64,000 bases of DNA from Candidatus Bathyarchaeota archaeon (GTDB lineage: Archaea > Thermoproteota > Bathyarchaeia > Bathyarchaeales > Bathycorpusculaceae), in the NCBI GenBank assembly GCA_963767735.1, contig CAVYES010000002.1, forward strand, positions 192,001-256,000, written 5' to 3'. The translations under genes were made by a program, and so were the position numbers. Below, one piece after another: positions 28,034 to 38,846 of the stretch; the first letter of the stretch is position 1; every line of letters begins with the position of its first letter. The notes beneath the pieces are model-generated. The model saw only the letters and a program-made list of their open reading frames with translations. It was not told where the DNA came from and did no database searches.

Positions 28034-28819
28034 ATGCTAACAGAAATGAAACAGTTCCTCATTACGTCCTCAGCTGGAAAACGCTTAATCGCCAAAGCAT
28101 TAGCAAATCACCCCATAATTTTAAGCGCAATTAAAAATGGCACGCTTGTAATTGTAGCTGGAACAACGAACGGTTACGTCGCGAAAGAAATATTGAAAAC
28201 CCAAAAAATTTCATACGACTTCTCCAGAAAACGCTTTTTCCGCGGAATAACTTTGCCTCCCAACAAAACCCTAACGGTTAAAGGGCGAGTGGCTGACGAA
28301 AGCGGATTTCCCGGAGACGTAGTGATAACTAAAGGTATTTGGCAAAAAGGCAAAACGATATCCGATGTGGTTGACTCACTCAAAGAAGGCGACGTTATCT
28401 TAAAAGGCGCAAATGCCTTGGATTTAGACCGCAAACAAGCAGCTATCTTAATTGGTCACCCGAAAGCTGGAACCATAGGTTTAGCGTTGCCCACCGTTAT
28501 AGGACGCCGCGTAAACTCATAATACCCGTAGGCTTGGAGAAACGCATAAACGGCGACATATGCTTTAGCTGAAAAAGTAAATGAATCTGGCGTAGGTGGC
28601 TATCGCTTGCTACCTGTTCCTGGACAAGTGTTTACTGAGTTGGAGGCAGTGAACTTTTGGAGTGGAGCCAATGTTGAATTGTTTGCGGCTGGCGGAGTCT
28701 GCGGTGCAGAAGGGTCATGTTGGCTGGCTGTTGCGGGCACAAAAGAACAGGAAGAGGGGGCAGAAAAAATCTTTGCTTCCGTGGCTCATGAACCACAATT
28801 TAATCTTGATAGCCTTTAA
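28034..28819 (+). CDS. Conserved hypothetical protein with two compensating indels
   Basis: GTTNGYV, KGANALD; restoring 1 bp near 28514 and 2 bp near 28560 gives [19 protein letters not shown]... and joins the two ORFs. Confidence 0.7.
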
Positions 28820-28852
28820 GACCACAACCAGATTCCATCTCTTTAGTTAGCT

Positions 28853-28969
28853 GTTGGCTTTTGTTTGCTTTTTGTTACTGGATTTTGCGACAAATAGCTG
28901 GTACTCCTATAGGTCAAGCAGTTGTTTGCACTCTCTCAGCCTACTCTCGGTCCACGGATGTTCATGATC
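28853..28969 (+). repeat. Dispersed 3'-flanking element, copy Y
   Basis: Shares collinear blocks with 24965-25105. Confidence 0.55.
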
Positions 28970-28985
28970 TCCGGCAAAACTTTAC

Positions 28986-29300
28986 CTATTTACTTATTTG
29001 GGCGCTTTCAATATACTCGGTTTTCGTGTAGTAATTAAAAGAACAATCAAAAGAGTAAGTTTGATTTTCTTGCAGGTTAAGATAAAGCGGTGTATTATTT
29101 AAAATATACAATGTTTTTCCGCCCGAGAGTTCAACCATGTCTTCATTTGCGTTGATTACACTTTTTGAAACTATTAAGCCGTTTTCTCCTGAAGGGATAT
29201 TCTTTAAATTGTCAAATACAATGAGGGCGACGATGCCTATTGTCACTATTGAAATTATTATAACAACAACAATTGTTAATACGAAAGGATCAGTTTTCAT
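28986..29300 (-). CDS. Single-TM hypothetical protein
   Basis: N-terminal TM helix, 104 aa. Confidence 0.6.
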   Translation of the reverse strand: MKTDPFVLTIVVVIIISIVTIGIVALIVFDNLKNIPSGENGLIVSKSVINANEDMVELSGGKTLYILNNTPLYLNLQENQTYSFDCSFNYYTKTEYIESAQISK

Positions 29301-29404
29301 CGTTATTTCCGTTGTCTTCTTGGTTTGCTTTGTTTAAATGTCTTGCTGTTTTCACATCGCAGACTTCAGCTCTTGCCCGCAGCACCAAACCCCGTCCCTT
29401 TTGC

Positions 29405-30256
29405 CTAAGAGGAGGCAAGAATGTTCTCCTTGGCATTCCAATACCGTGCTAATGCTGTTAAGGCTTCTTCAAACAAGTAGTCCTGCGGCATCACATCAAC
29501 TTTTATGCCCATTTCCCTTAAGGCTTCGGCAGTTGTAGGTCCAATCGCAACAGTTGTAACTTTACTATTTATTAGGGCTCGGAGTGTTTCCATCGGTGCG
29601 TTTTCAGTGAGCATTTTGAAAATATTTTTGGCGCTTAATCCGCTGCCGAAAACAATTGCGTCAATTTTTCCAGAGGTTAAATCTTGAAAAAAATTGTCTT
29701 TCAATTTCTTGTCCACGGGCAAGCCTGACTCGTAAACGTAGACTTCTTCGACTTGGGCGCCCATTTCCTTGAGTTTCTCAGTTAAAGTTGGTGTTGCTCC
29801 AGTGGTTCTTGGAATGCGTATGGTTTTGCCTGAAATTTCTTTGCCCTGCAAGCACTCGATTAATCCTTCAGAACTGTACTTCAACGGGACTAAGCTCACA
29901 TGCACATGGTATTCTTCTTCCAGCGCCTGAGCAGTTCTGGGGCCAACAGCAATAACAAACGTCTTAGCCAAGCCTTCCTTCAATTGGCTGGATTGCTTTA
30001 GGGTTTCAGCAGCACTAAAAAGGTATTTCACGCCGTTAGTGCTCATAAAAATAACATAGTCAACTTGCCCCTTTAGCAGTTCACTGACAAATTTTTTGAC
30101 TGGTGAAAAATTGGTTAAACCTTTGATTTCTATGGCAGGTATAAAGTAGGGTATTCCGCCTTTTTCCTTGATTAGTTTGCCCGCTTCTTCCGCCTGACCT
30201 GCTGGGCGCGTTATGGCAACTGTTTTTCCTTTCAGGCTAGGGGTTTTTTGAACCAT
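29405..30256 (-). CDS. hemD: Uroporphyrinogen-III synthase
   Basis: AITRP, AVGPRTA, VYVY, AIGPTTA; gene context. Confidence 0.9.
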   Translation of the reverse strand: MVQKTPSLKGKTVAITRPAGQAEEAGKLIKEKGGIPYFIPAIEIKGLTNFSPVKKFVSELLKGQVDYVIFMSTNGVKYLFSAAETLKQSSQLKEGLAKTFVIAVGPRTAQALEEEYHVHVSLVPLKYSSEGLIECLQGKEISGKTIRIPRTTGATPTLTEKLKEMGAQVEEVYVYESGLPVDKKLKDNFFQDLTSGKIDAIVFGSGLSAKNIFKMLTENAPMETLRALINSKVTTVAIGPTTAEALREMGIKVDVMPQDYLFEEALTALARYWNAKENILASS

Positions 30257-30987
30257 GCGAGTTTCCTGCCTAAGTTTGCAACTTCACCTATAACTATGAC
30301 TGCCGGCGGCTTGACCTGTTTTTCTTCTGCTTCTTTTGCGAGTGTGCCTATTTTGCCAATGATTGTTCTCTGATTCTTTAGGGTGCCTGATTCGATGATG
30401 GCTGCTGGCGTTTCTGGGTTTAAGCCGCCTTCAATTAGTTTTTCCGTTATAGCTTCAAGCGATTCCACGCCCATCAAAATAACCATCGTGTCCACGGCGT
30501 CGGCTATTTTTGCCCAGTTAATTATTTTTTCCGCGTCGCCTGCCCTGTGTCCCGTAATGATTGCTACTGAAGCCGCGTAATCTCTATGCGTCAACGGTAT
30601 GCCCGCATACATTGGAGCGGCAACAGCTGAACTGACTCCAGGCACAACTTCAAATTCGATGCCTTTTTCCACAAGGGCTTCGGCTTCTTCGCCGCCTCTG
30701 CCGAAAACAAACGGGTCGCCGCCTTTGAGCCTAACAACTTTGCCGCCAAGTTGGGCTTTCTCAATTATCAACTCAGTAATTTTGTCCTGTGGAACCTCAT
30801 GTTTGCCTGTTCTTTTTCCAACATAAATTTTTTCTGCTTTTTCTGGGGCTAAGTTGAGAATTGATTCGCCAACTAGTCTATCATATATTACAACGTCAGC
30901 TTCTTTCAGCAACTCAACCGCTCTGACCGTAAGCAGTTTGGGGTCGCCGGGGCCAGCGCCTACAAGGTAAACTTTACCATGCCCCAT
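30232..30987 (-). CDS. cobA: Uroporphyrinogen-III C-methyltransferase
   Basis: VGAGPGDP, RLKGGDPFVFGRGGEE. Confidence 0.95.
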   Translation of the reverse strand: MGHGKVYLVGAGPGDPKLLTVRAVELLKEADVVIYDRLVGESILNLAPEKAEKIYVGKRTGKHEVPQDKITELIIEKAQLGGKVVRLKGGDPFVFGRGGEEAEALVEKGIEFEVVPGVSSAVAAPMYAGIPLTHRDYAASVAIITGHRAGDAEKIINWAKIADAVDTMVILMGVESLEAITEKLIEGGLNPETPAAIIESGTLKNQRTIIGKIGTLAKEAEEKQVKPPAVIVIGEVANLGRKLAWFKKPLA

Positions 30988-31910
30988 ACTTTTCTCTCCA
31001 TTCTTTCTCGAAGTCTTTGGCTCCTTGCTTTATGAGGCCTGCACCGACTTTTTCGCCGAGCATTTCAGCTTCAGCTAATGTGCCTTGTGCAGATGCGCTG
31101 ATTTTTTTTCGCTCGTTAAGTGAATAAATGCAGCCAAAAAGCGAAAGGTTGTTGCCGTTTGCTTGTCCAACCGCGCCTATTGGCACTCGGCAGCCGCCTT
31201 CCAATTCAAGCACCAGGCTGCGTTCAGCCGATAATCTCAGCCCTTGTTGCTTTATCCTCAATAGACCGCAAAAACGCTATTATTTTTTCGTTGCCTTCTT
31301 TGGCGACTACTGCTAAAGCTCCCTGTCCCGCTGCTGAAGGGAACTGGTCAAGTGGTAAGCGCTCGGTTACTTCGTTTATTAAATTCATTCTTTCAAGCCC
31401 TGCTTCAGCAATGATGACGCCTGCAAACTCGCCTTTTCTAACCTTATTGATTCGGGTGTCCACGTTGCCTCTGATGGGTTGCACGTCTAAGTCTGGGTGA
31501 ATGTACTTGATTTCCGCCATTCTTCGCAGGCTGCCTGTTCCAACAACTGAGCCTTTAGCTAACTCGTTTAGCGGCACTTTGCCCTTTGAGATGAACACGT
31601 CGTTTTGCGAATCCCTCTTGGGAATTGCAGCTAAAACCGTGCCAGTTTGCTGCTCAACGATAGGCACATCTTTTAGGCTGTGAACGGCAAAGTCGATTTC
31701 GCCGTTGATTACTTGCTGGTCGATTTCTTTTTCAAAAATGCCTTTGCAGTCAATGGAGAATAAGGGTTTGCCTTGTTCTTTGTCGCCTATGGTTTTGATG
31801 ATTTTTAAGTTAAACTCAACGTCGGGATGTGCCTGCTTGATTTGTTTTAGAACTCGGTTTGTTTGTGCAAGCGCGAGTACGCTTCCTCTGGTGCCAACAG
31901 TTAGAATCAT
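30974..31910 (-). CDS. hemC: Hydroxymethylbilane synthase with one frameshift near 31229
   Basis: GTRGS.LALAQ, VHSLKDVP, RGNVDTR, then AER...LEGGCRVPIG in the next frame. Confidence 0.9.
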
Positions 31911-33229
31911 TGAACTGGTTTTCTCCTTTGCTGCTTTAGCTAGTGCCTTGTCAAAAGCGTTTATTGTATGCTTCAAATCATCTTCCACTATGAGCTGTTG
32001 ACAAGAAGCAGGTTTCAAACTGCGACGGCGGAATAAAAACGCCTTGCCTTAAGAAGCTCATGGAAGTATGCCGTAAACATTTGCGTGTCAGATTGTTTGG
32101 CGCAGGCGTAGTCGGTGACTGGTGCCTTTGTGAAGAATATTTGGTACATTGAAGCGATATTGTAGACTTGCGCTTGCACCTTGTGAGCTTGCGCTAAGTC
32201 AGTTAGGGCTTTCTTTAATTCAACGCAGTTTTTCTCAAGTTTCGGATAAATTTCGTTCTTCTTTTTATTCAAAATATTCAGGATTGTGAAGCCTGCTGTT
32301 GCTGAAACTGGGTTGCCGCTGAAGGTTCCAGCCTGATACACTTTGCCGACTGGCGAAATGTTTTGCATGATTTCTTTTTTTCCGCCGAAAGCTGCCAGCG
32401 GGAAGCCTCCGCCAAGCACTTTGCCAAGCGTCGCCATGTCAGGTTTCACGTTGAAGTATTCTTGTGCACCGCCTAAAGCTAAACGAAAACCCGTTATGAT
32501 CTCGTCAAAAATCAAAACTGTGCCATATTCGCTTGTTATTTTTCTTAAGTAACTCAAATAATCTTTCTTGGGCAAAATAAGCCCAACATTCGCCAAAACA
32601 GGCTCAACAATCACTGCAGCAACTTCGTTGCCTTCACTGCTTCATAACTTCCTCTAAGGCTTCAAAATCGTTATAGGGCACAACAATTGTGTTCCGAGTT
32701 GTTTCCTCTGGAATCCCAAGCGAGTTTGGCGCACTAAAAGTTGTAGCTCCTGACCCTGCCTTAACCAAAACGCTGTCGTGAGAACCGTGGAAGCAGCCTT
32801 CGAACTTGATGATTTTTTTTCTTCCAGTGTAGCCTCTTGCAGCTCGGATGGCGTGCATTGTTGCTTCTGTGCCTGAGTTTACAAGCCGCAGCATTTCCAT
32901 GCAGGGTGACGATTTGGCTATTAGCTCGGCAAATTCAACTTCTCGTTCGGTTGGTGCGCCATAAAGTGAGCCTTTAGGCTAATTGATTCTTCACGGCTTC
33001 CACAATGTCTGGGTAAGCATGCCCCAGAAGCAAAGCGCCATACGCCATACAATAGTCGATGTACGTCGGCATCGTCTGCGCTGTACATTTTTGCGCCTTG
33101 GGCATGTTCCACAAAGAATGGGTAAGGCTCAAAGGCTCGGACTGGACTGTTTACGCCTCCGGGCAGAACTTTTTTGGCTCGCTCAAAAAGCGTCTTTGAT
33201 TTGGTTTCGTTCAAGTTTGATTCAACCAC
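31907..33229 (-). CDS. hemL: Glutamate-1-semialdehyde 2,1-aminomutase with multiple frameshifts
   Basis: [44 protein letters not shown] spread over several frames; extra bases near 33067, 32977, 32636, 32047, 31989. Confidence 0.88.
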
Positions 33230-34191
33230 GATTTAATGTCTTTGGCAAAGTAGGTTATGATTAGGTCGGCGCCTGCACGTTTAATGCCTGTTAAGATTTC
33301 GCGGATTACGGTTTTTTCGTCTATCCACCCGTTTTGCGCGGCAGCTTTAACCATGGAGTATTCGCCGCTGACGTTGTATGCGACAATGGGCACGTTAAAG
33401 TTTGCTTTCGCAAGACTAATAATGTCCAAGTAAGCCAAGGCGGGTTTAACCATAATCATGTCTGCGCCCTCGTTGAGGTCTAACTCCATTTCACGCAGGG
33501 CTTCCTCTTGGCTTCCTTGGCTCATCTGGTAGCTTCTGCGGTTTCCAAACTTCGGCGTGGACTCCGCTGCTTCCCTGAATGGACCATAAAAGCCTGAAGC
33601 GTATTTTGCTGAATAAGCCATAATTGGCACCTGCTCAAAACCAGCATCATCTAACGCTTCGCGGATGGCGCCAACTTGCCCGTCCATCATGGCTGAGGGC
33701 GCCACAATATCCGCGCCTGCTTCTGCTTGGCTAACCGCAACTTTACCAAGAACATCAAGGGTTTGGTCGTTTAGGACTTCGCCGTCTTTAACTAAGCCGC
33801 AGTGCCCATGACTCATATACTCACATAGGCAGACATCGCCAATAACGACAAGTTCTTCGCCATAGGTTTTTTTCAACTCGTCGATTGCCTTTTGAATAAC
33901 CCCATTTTTGGCAAAAGCGCTTGTTCCTGCTTCATCTTTTTTGGCTGGAATGCCGAAGAGAAGCACGCTTTTTACGCCTTGAGCCAACGCTTGTTTTCCT
34001 TCATCTGCAACTTGATTAATTGGCAGTCTGCTGTATCCAGGCATTGATTCGATGGCAACGGGTTTTTTGATGCCTTCGTCAACGAAGATTGGGTAAATTA
34101 GGTTGCTTGGCTGCAGATTTATCTGGTTTAGCATGTCTCGCATGGCTGCAGTCCTGCGTAGTCTTCTCATTCTAACGGTTGGAAAACTCAA
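33211..34191 (-). CDS. hemB: Porphobilinogen synthase
   Basis: DVCLCEY..HGHCG, SAMMDG, MVKPAL, YNVSGEY. Confidence 0.96.
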   Translation of the reverse strand: MSFPTVRMRRLRRTAAMRDMLNQINLQPSNLIYPIFVDEGIKKPVAIESMPGYSRLPINQVADEGKQALAQGVKSVLLFGIPAKKDEAGTSAFAKNGVIQKAIDELKKTYGEELVVIGDVCLCEYMSHGHCGLVKDGEVLNDQTLDVLGKVAVSQAEAGADIVAPSAMMDGQVGAIREALDDAGFEQVPIMAYSAKYASGFYGPFREAAESTPKFGNRRSYQMSQGSQEEALREMELDLNEGADMIMVKPALAYLDIISLAKANFNVPIVAYNVSGEYSMVKAAAQNGWIDEKTVIREILTGIKRAGADLIITYFAKDIKSWLNQT

Positions 34192-34192
34192 C

Positions 34193-34846
34193 TTACTTTG
34201 TCTCCTTTTTCTCTATGAGTTTCATGGCTATTTCTTGAGCCTCACAAAGCTTTCCTTCTTTTAAAACTTGTTTAATGTTATCGTTATTAAGTATCTCGTA
34301 TAACATTTTGCTTCTAACCTTCGGATCAGAAATCTGCTCTTTGAGAATACCTCGAACATGAGATTGCAGTTGAATTTCAAGCAAATCCTCAGGCGTTATC
34401 ATTTTCTCTATTCTTTCCCTTAGCGCTCTAGCCATGGCTGGGCTTTTTCCCGAAGTGGAAACCGCAATCTTCACATCGCCAACTTGCGCGACAGCTGGCA
34501 AAATGAAATCGCTCAAGGCGGGGTTATCAACTGAGTAAACCATGCATCCCGCAGACTTTGCTGCTTTAACCAGTTCAAGGTTAAGTTTAGGCTCGTTCGT
34601 AACTGCCAAAAGTATATCTGGCTTAGGATTAAGGCTGTCAACGAAAGCTTTTGCGTCTTGAATTTCAGTTTTAACCAAAGCAACTTTTTTTGCTTCGTCT
34701 AATTTTTGGATGCCGCTTGAGAAGGCTTTGCTTATAACCCAGATTTTTGCGCCTGAATCAACGAAGCTTTGGGTTTTTCGGTAGCCCTCTGAGCCTCCGC
34801 CGACTACTATGATGGTTTTTCCGTCAAGTTTGAGGTCTATGAGCAA
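34193..34846 (-). CDS. sirC: Precorrin-2 dehydrogenase (CysG N-terminal/SirC)
   Basis: VVGGG, VDNP..SDF, VSTSGKSP. Confidence 0.9.
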   Translation of the reverse strand: MLIDLKLDGKTIIVVGGGSEGYRKTQSFVDSGAKIWVISKAFSSGIQKLDEAKKVALVKTEIQDAKAFVDSLNPKPDILLAVTNEPKLNLELVKAAKSAGCMVYSVDNPALSDFILPAVAQVGDVKIAVSTSGKSPAMARALRERIEKMITPEDLLEIQLQSHVRGILKEQISDPKVRSKMLYEILNNDNIKQVLKEGKLCEAQEIAMKLIEKKETK

Positions 34847-36410
34847 TTTTGTGTTTTGCCACCTTCAGAAGCGTTAAGCTTATAGTTGGTTAGTAAATTT
34901 TTGAATTTTTCCATAAACGCTGCATAATCAACTTGGTTTAGCTTTGGAGCGTCTGCAATTCTTGTTAGAGCATCCAAGTTTATGTATTGTTCTGCTGCTT
35001 CGATGGCTTGGGCTCCGAACTCTTCATATTTTATTTCGATTTCAGGTATCATGCCTCTTCCTTCCACGTCCATCCGCGGCACAATGCCCAGCAATTCAAC
35101 GCCTGCGTTTTCGAAGGCGCGTTTCATGGTCAGCTTGATTTCGTCGGTTAGGTAGCTTATGCGCGCTTTGTTTAGGATTACACCGGTTATTTTTACTCCA
35201 AGGCTTCTGAGAATATTCACGTAATTAAGCGTGTTAATCAATGCGCCTTCTATGCCTTCTTTGTCACAGCTAACCACAACAATGGTGGATGCGCCCAAAG
35301 CCGCTGCAACCTCAGCTGTTGAAGTCGGCCTCACAACTTTATCCATTAACAGCCCAGTGAAAGCACTCATAGCTCCTTCAACGAGAAGAAAATCGTGATT
35401 TTGGCTGGCTTCCCCAACTGCTTCAGCTAAAGGTTTCCAGCCGCTTTCCCCAATTTTAATCGACGAATAAGCCTTAATCGGCTCTTTAATGAGGTAGAGT
35501 GCAGGCACGGCGTCTCGTATATCTCCGCCGACTTTAATGACTCCAACTTTGAAGCCTCTCTTTTTTAATGCGCCAGCGATTCCTGCCACGAGGAAAGTTT
35601 TTCCTGAACCGCTTCCTGTCGCCGTTACCAACAGTAGACGCGGCGTTTTTTGGTTGACTGGGTCTTGCTGATGGATGTTGGTTGAGATTCCGACTTCGCA
35701 TTTAATTCGTTCTAAAAGTTTGGCGTTGGCGCTTCGAATTGCTTCGAGCTCGATTGCGTTTATGCCCAGCGATTTAGTGATGCTTTCAATAATGGTTGGG
35801 TTTTGATCTAATAATCCGTGGATGAATATGCCGACCACATTGCCTTCCTTGTTGGCTACTCCTGAAATCAAATCCTGAGGGTCCTTGTGATAGTTGACGC
35901 GTTTGGCGTGTGAAACAAGAATGGTTTTTGCATCCTTGATGCAGCACGATTTTGCCGTAGGTGTGGCAGTGGAACCCTGAAACTTCTTTGCCGACTTCTT
36001 CTGTGATGAAGCTTTTATCAGTTATAGTGGCACTCACGCGGTCTGTGCAGATTAACGGCTTAAACTCTGCATCTAAAAGTCCTAAGCCTTCTTTAGTTAT
36101 GGGAACTGTTGATAGGCGCCCAACATCGGTTTCTTTTGCAAGTATTTGGAAGCCTGAGCAGATTCCAAGCACGAATTTGCCGCTGTCAGCCATTTTCATT
36201 ATTTCCCGCGCAACTTTCTTGTTAATGCTTTGTGATTCAACGAGGCTTCCGCCTGGGATAATTATCATGTCCAAAATTTCAGAAGCGGGTTTGCCGTCTA
36301 CAAGCGCATCGGAGCAAACTAGGTCGGTTGGCAAGTTTCCGAAGTCTTCGAAGCATGGAAGCGCTCCTGGAAGGTAAACCAAACCGATTCTATGCTTTAA
36401 ATTCGTCCAA
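34837..36410 (-). CDS. GATase + CbiA/CobB-like synthetase, permuted domain order, frameshift near 35938
   Basis: N-part IPGG, GICSGFQ, GFHCH; C-part GSGSGKT, VEGAM, STAEVA, GVILNK; start uncertain. Confidence 0.8.
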
Positions 36411-36455
36411 ACTTGCCCCCAACGCGTATTTAAGTAAAGCTTATATTTAAGCCGC

Positions 36456-37757
36456 ATGGTTTATCCAACCATGCATTCCTCGGCGAAGATAGACCACGTC
36501 ATCAACGTTAGAATAACGCATAAAACAGCCCGAGTACCGTTAATGGAGGCTGTGGCGTTTAAAGACAAGGAAAAGGCGCTTGCCGAGATTCGTTCCCTTG
36601 AAGATGTGGAAGAATGCTTACTTCTTCAGACATGTAACCGCATCGAAATCTATGTTGTTACCGAAGATGCTGAAAAAGCCGTTAATTTGGTTAAGGATTA
36701 TTGGGTGAAAAAAGCCATGGCGCACACCGAGGAAGCATCTAACGCCATGGAAACTTCGATAGACAACGATGCTTTCAATCACCTCTTACGAGTTACTTCA
36801 GGTTTAGAATCAATGGTGATAGGCGAAGACCAAGTTCTCAATCAAGTCTGGAACGCTTACTTAGAAGCAGAAAACGCCAAAACAATCGGTCCAATCATAA
36901 AGCACCTTTTTAATCGTGCAATGACCGTGGGCAGACGTGTAAGAAACGAAACAGGCATCAACAAAGGCGCAGTGTCAATTGGTTCAGCAGCGGTTGAATT
37001 AGCCGTCAATTTGCTTGGCAATTTGGAAGACAAGAAAATTTTGGTTATGGGCGCTGGGGAAATAGGAACCCTTGTAGCTAAAGCCTTGGCACGGCGCTGT
37101 CTAAGTCCAATCTTTATTGCCAATAGAACCCATGAACGTGCGGTAAAATTAGCCGAAGACCTCTCGGGGCAAGCAGTAATGTTTAATCAGTTTGAAGAAG
37201 TGCTCGTTGACGCTGACGTGGTAATTTGCTCAACTTCGGCGCCACATTACTTGTTAACCAAAGAAATGGTCACACACTTAATGAAAAAACGCACAAACAA
37301 AGATGACCTTTTAATTATTGATATCTCAAATCCGCGCAACGTGGAAAAAACTGTTCAGGAAGTCGCGAGAACAAAACTCTACAATATCGATGATTTGCAG
37401 TTAATTGCAGAAAAAAACAAGCAAGAACGAGAAAAAAGCATTGATCAAGCGGTCAAAATCTTAGATAAAGAAGTTGTCATTCTCAATCAGGACATGAAAA
37501 GCTTCTCGGTTCGCCTGATTATTTCGTCGCTGCTTTCCCAAGCCGAGGAAGTCCGGCAAAAAGAACTTGCAACCGCTTTAGGCATGATAGGTGATGTGGA
37601 TGAGAGAGAGCGGGAAATTCTTGATGATTTAACTTCTATTTTGCTAAAACAAACATTTGTGCCGATTGTTGAAAACTTAAGGTTAGCCGCCAAAAACGGC
37701 GACGAGCAACTAATCGATCTGGCAGTTAAATTGTTTGAAAAAAAGGGGAAAAACTGA
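36456..37757 (+). CDS. hemA: Glutamyl-tRNA reductase
   Basis: TCNRIE, SGLESMVIGEDQ, GAGEIG, DISNPRNVE; start may be 36471. Confidence 0.95.
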   Translation: MVYPTMHSSAKIDHVINVRITHKTARVPLMEAVAFKDKEKALAEIRSLEDVEECLLLQTCNRIEIYVVTEDAEKAVNLVKDYWVKKAMAHTEEASNAMETSIDNDAFNHLLRVTSGLESMVIGEDQVLNQVWNAYLEAENAKTIGPIIKHLFNRAMTVGRRVRNETGINKGAVSIGSAAVELAVNLLGNLEDKKILVMGAGEIGTLVAKALARRCLSPIFIANRTHERAVKLAEDLSGQAVMFNQFEEVLVDADVVICSTSAPHYLLTKEMVTHLMKKRTNKDDLLIIDISNPRNVEKTVQEVARTKLYNIDDLQLIAEKNKQEREKSIDQAVKILDKEVVILNQDMKSFSVRLIISSLLSQAEEVRQKELATALGMIGDVDEREREILDDLTSILLKQTFVPIVENLRLAAKNGDEQLIDLAVKLFEKKGKN

Positions 37758-37758
37758 T

Positions 37759-38832
37759 TTGGCGAAGGCTACGTTGGATAATGTTGGTTTAATTCTGATT
37801 GGGCATGGAAGCAAACTGCCTCATAACAGAGAAAACATTGAGAAGTTAGCTGAAATTCTGCGTCAACGGTCCAAGTTCAAGATTGTTGACATCGCGTTTA
37901 TGGTTAAGGATACACCGACGATTACTGAAGCAATAGATTCGCTTGCAGTGAGGGGCGTATCTAAGATTGTGTTGGTTCCTGCTTTTCTTGCTCCTGGCGT
38001 GCACACTACACAAGATATTCCTGAGTTGATTGGTGTGAAAGAGAAGGAGTCTCAACTTAAAGCACGTGGAATAGAACTTTTTTATGGCGAACCTTTAGGC
38101 AGCGACGAGCGAATTGCCGACATCTTAGAGGAAAAAGCCCTAAAAGCGTTGGGGCAAGATATCAAGCGAGACGGCGAGATTGTTGATGCTTACTCTATTG
38201 CTGCCTCAAGCAAGATTGTTGACAAAAGCATGATGCTTATCCGCGAAGCCATCGGTGATACTTTAGCTAACGTGCCTAAAAATCAAATTCCAATAATCGA
38301 GCGGGTAGTTCACACCACTGCCGACCCTGAATTCGCTAAACTCCTAGTCATCAGCGAAGACGCAGTGAACGCGGGTGTATCCGCGATTAAAGCTGGCGCA
38401 AAAATAGTGACTGATGTGAAGATGGTGAAGGCAGGCATCAATGAGGCTCGGCTTAAAAAGTTCAGCGGCAAAATCTCCACGTACATGAATGATGAACGTG
38501 TTGTAAAGCTGGCTAATTCTGAATCGTTAACGCGGTCTGCGGCTGCCATGCGTTTAGCAGTAAAAGACGGCTTAGATGGCGCTATCGTGCTTATTGGGAA
38601 CGCTCCAACGGCGGCCTTTGAGCTTGCTGAACAGATAAAGAAAGGCATCGTTAAGCCAGCGTTAATAGTAGCTGTACCCGTCGGTTACGTGGGCGCAGCC
38701 GAATCAAAAGAAGTAGTCGCCAAACTCCCCGTGCCATTCATCATTACCAGGGGGCGCAAAGGCGGCAGCACCATTGCAGTAGCAGTCTTCAACTCATTGC
38801 TTTCTATGGCGGAAGGCAAAGCATACGGTTAA
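37759..38832 (+). CDS. cbiX-cbiC: CbiX(S) chelatase fused to precorrin-8X methylmutase CbiC
   Basis: GHGS...GVHTTQDIP, then ERVVHTTAD, IGNAPTA, PVGYVGAAESK, GRKGGS. Confidence 0.9.
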   Translation: MAKATLDNVGLILIGHGSKLPHNRENIEKLAEILRQRSKFKIVDIAFMVKDTPTITEAIDSLAVRGVSKIVLVPAFLAPGVHTTQDIPELIGVKEKESQLKARGIELFYGEPLGSDERIADILEEKALKALGQDIKRDGEIVDAYSIAASSKIVDKSMMLIREAIGDTLANVPKNQIPIIERVVHTTADPEFAKLLVISEDAVNAGVSAIKAGAKIVTDVKMVKAGINEARLKKFSGKISTYMNDERVVKLANSESLTRSAAAMRLAVKDGLDGAIVLIGNAPTAAFELAEQIKKGIVKPALIVAVPVGYVGAAESKEVVAKLPVPFIITRGRKGGSTIAVAVFNSLLSMAEGKAYG

Positions 38833-38846
38833 CTGGGGCATGTGTT

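Noticed and set aside
31224-32018. HemL-HemC fusion suggested by the ORF track
   Set aside because: Removing one A near 31922 gives EKPVQ* with an ATGA overlap on the hemC start; the region is indel-rich.
37759-38200. Coenzyme F430 (cfb) pathway
   Set aside because: The chelatase is fused to CbiC in a cbi operon; no cfbC/D/E or mcr genes in the window.
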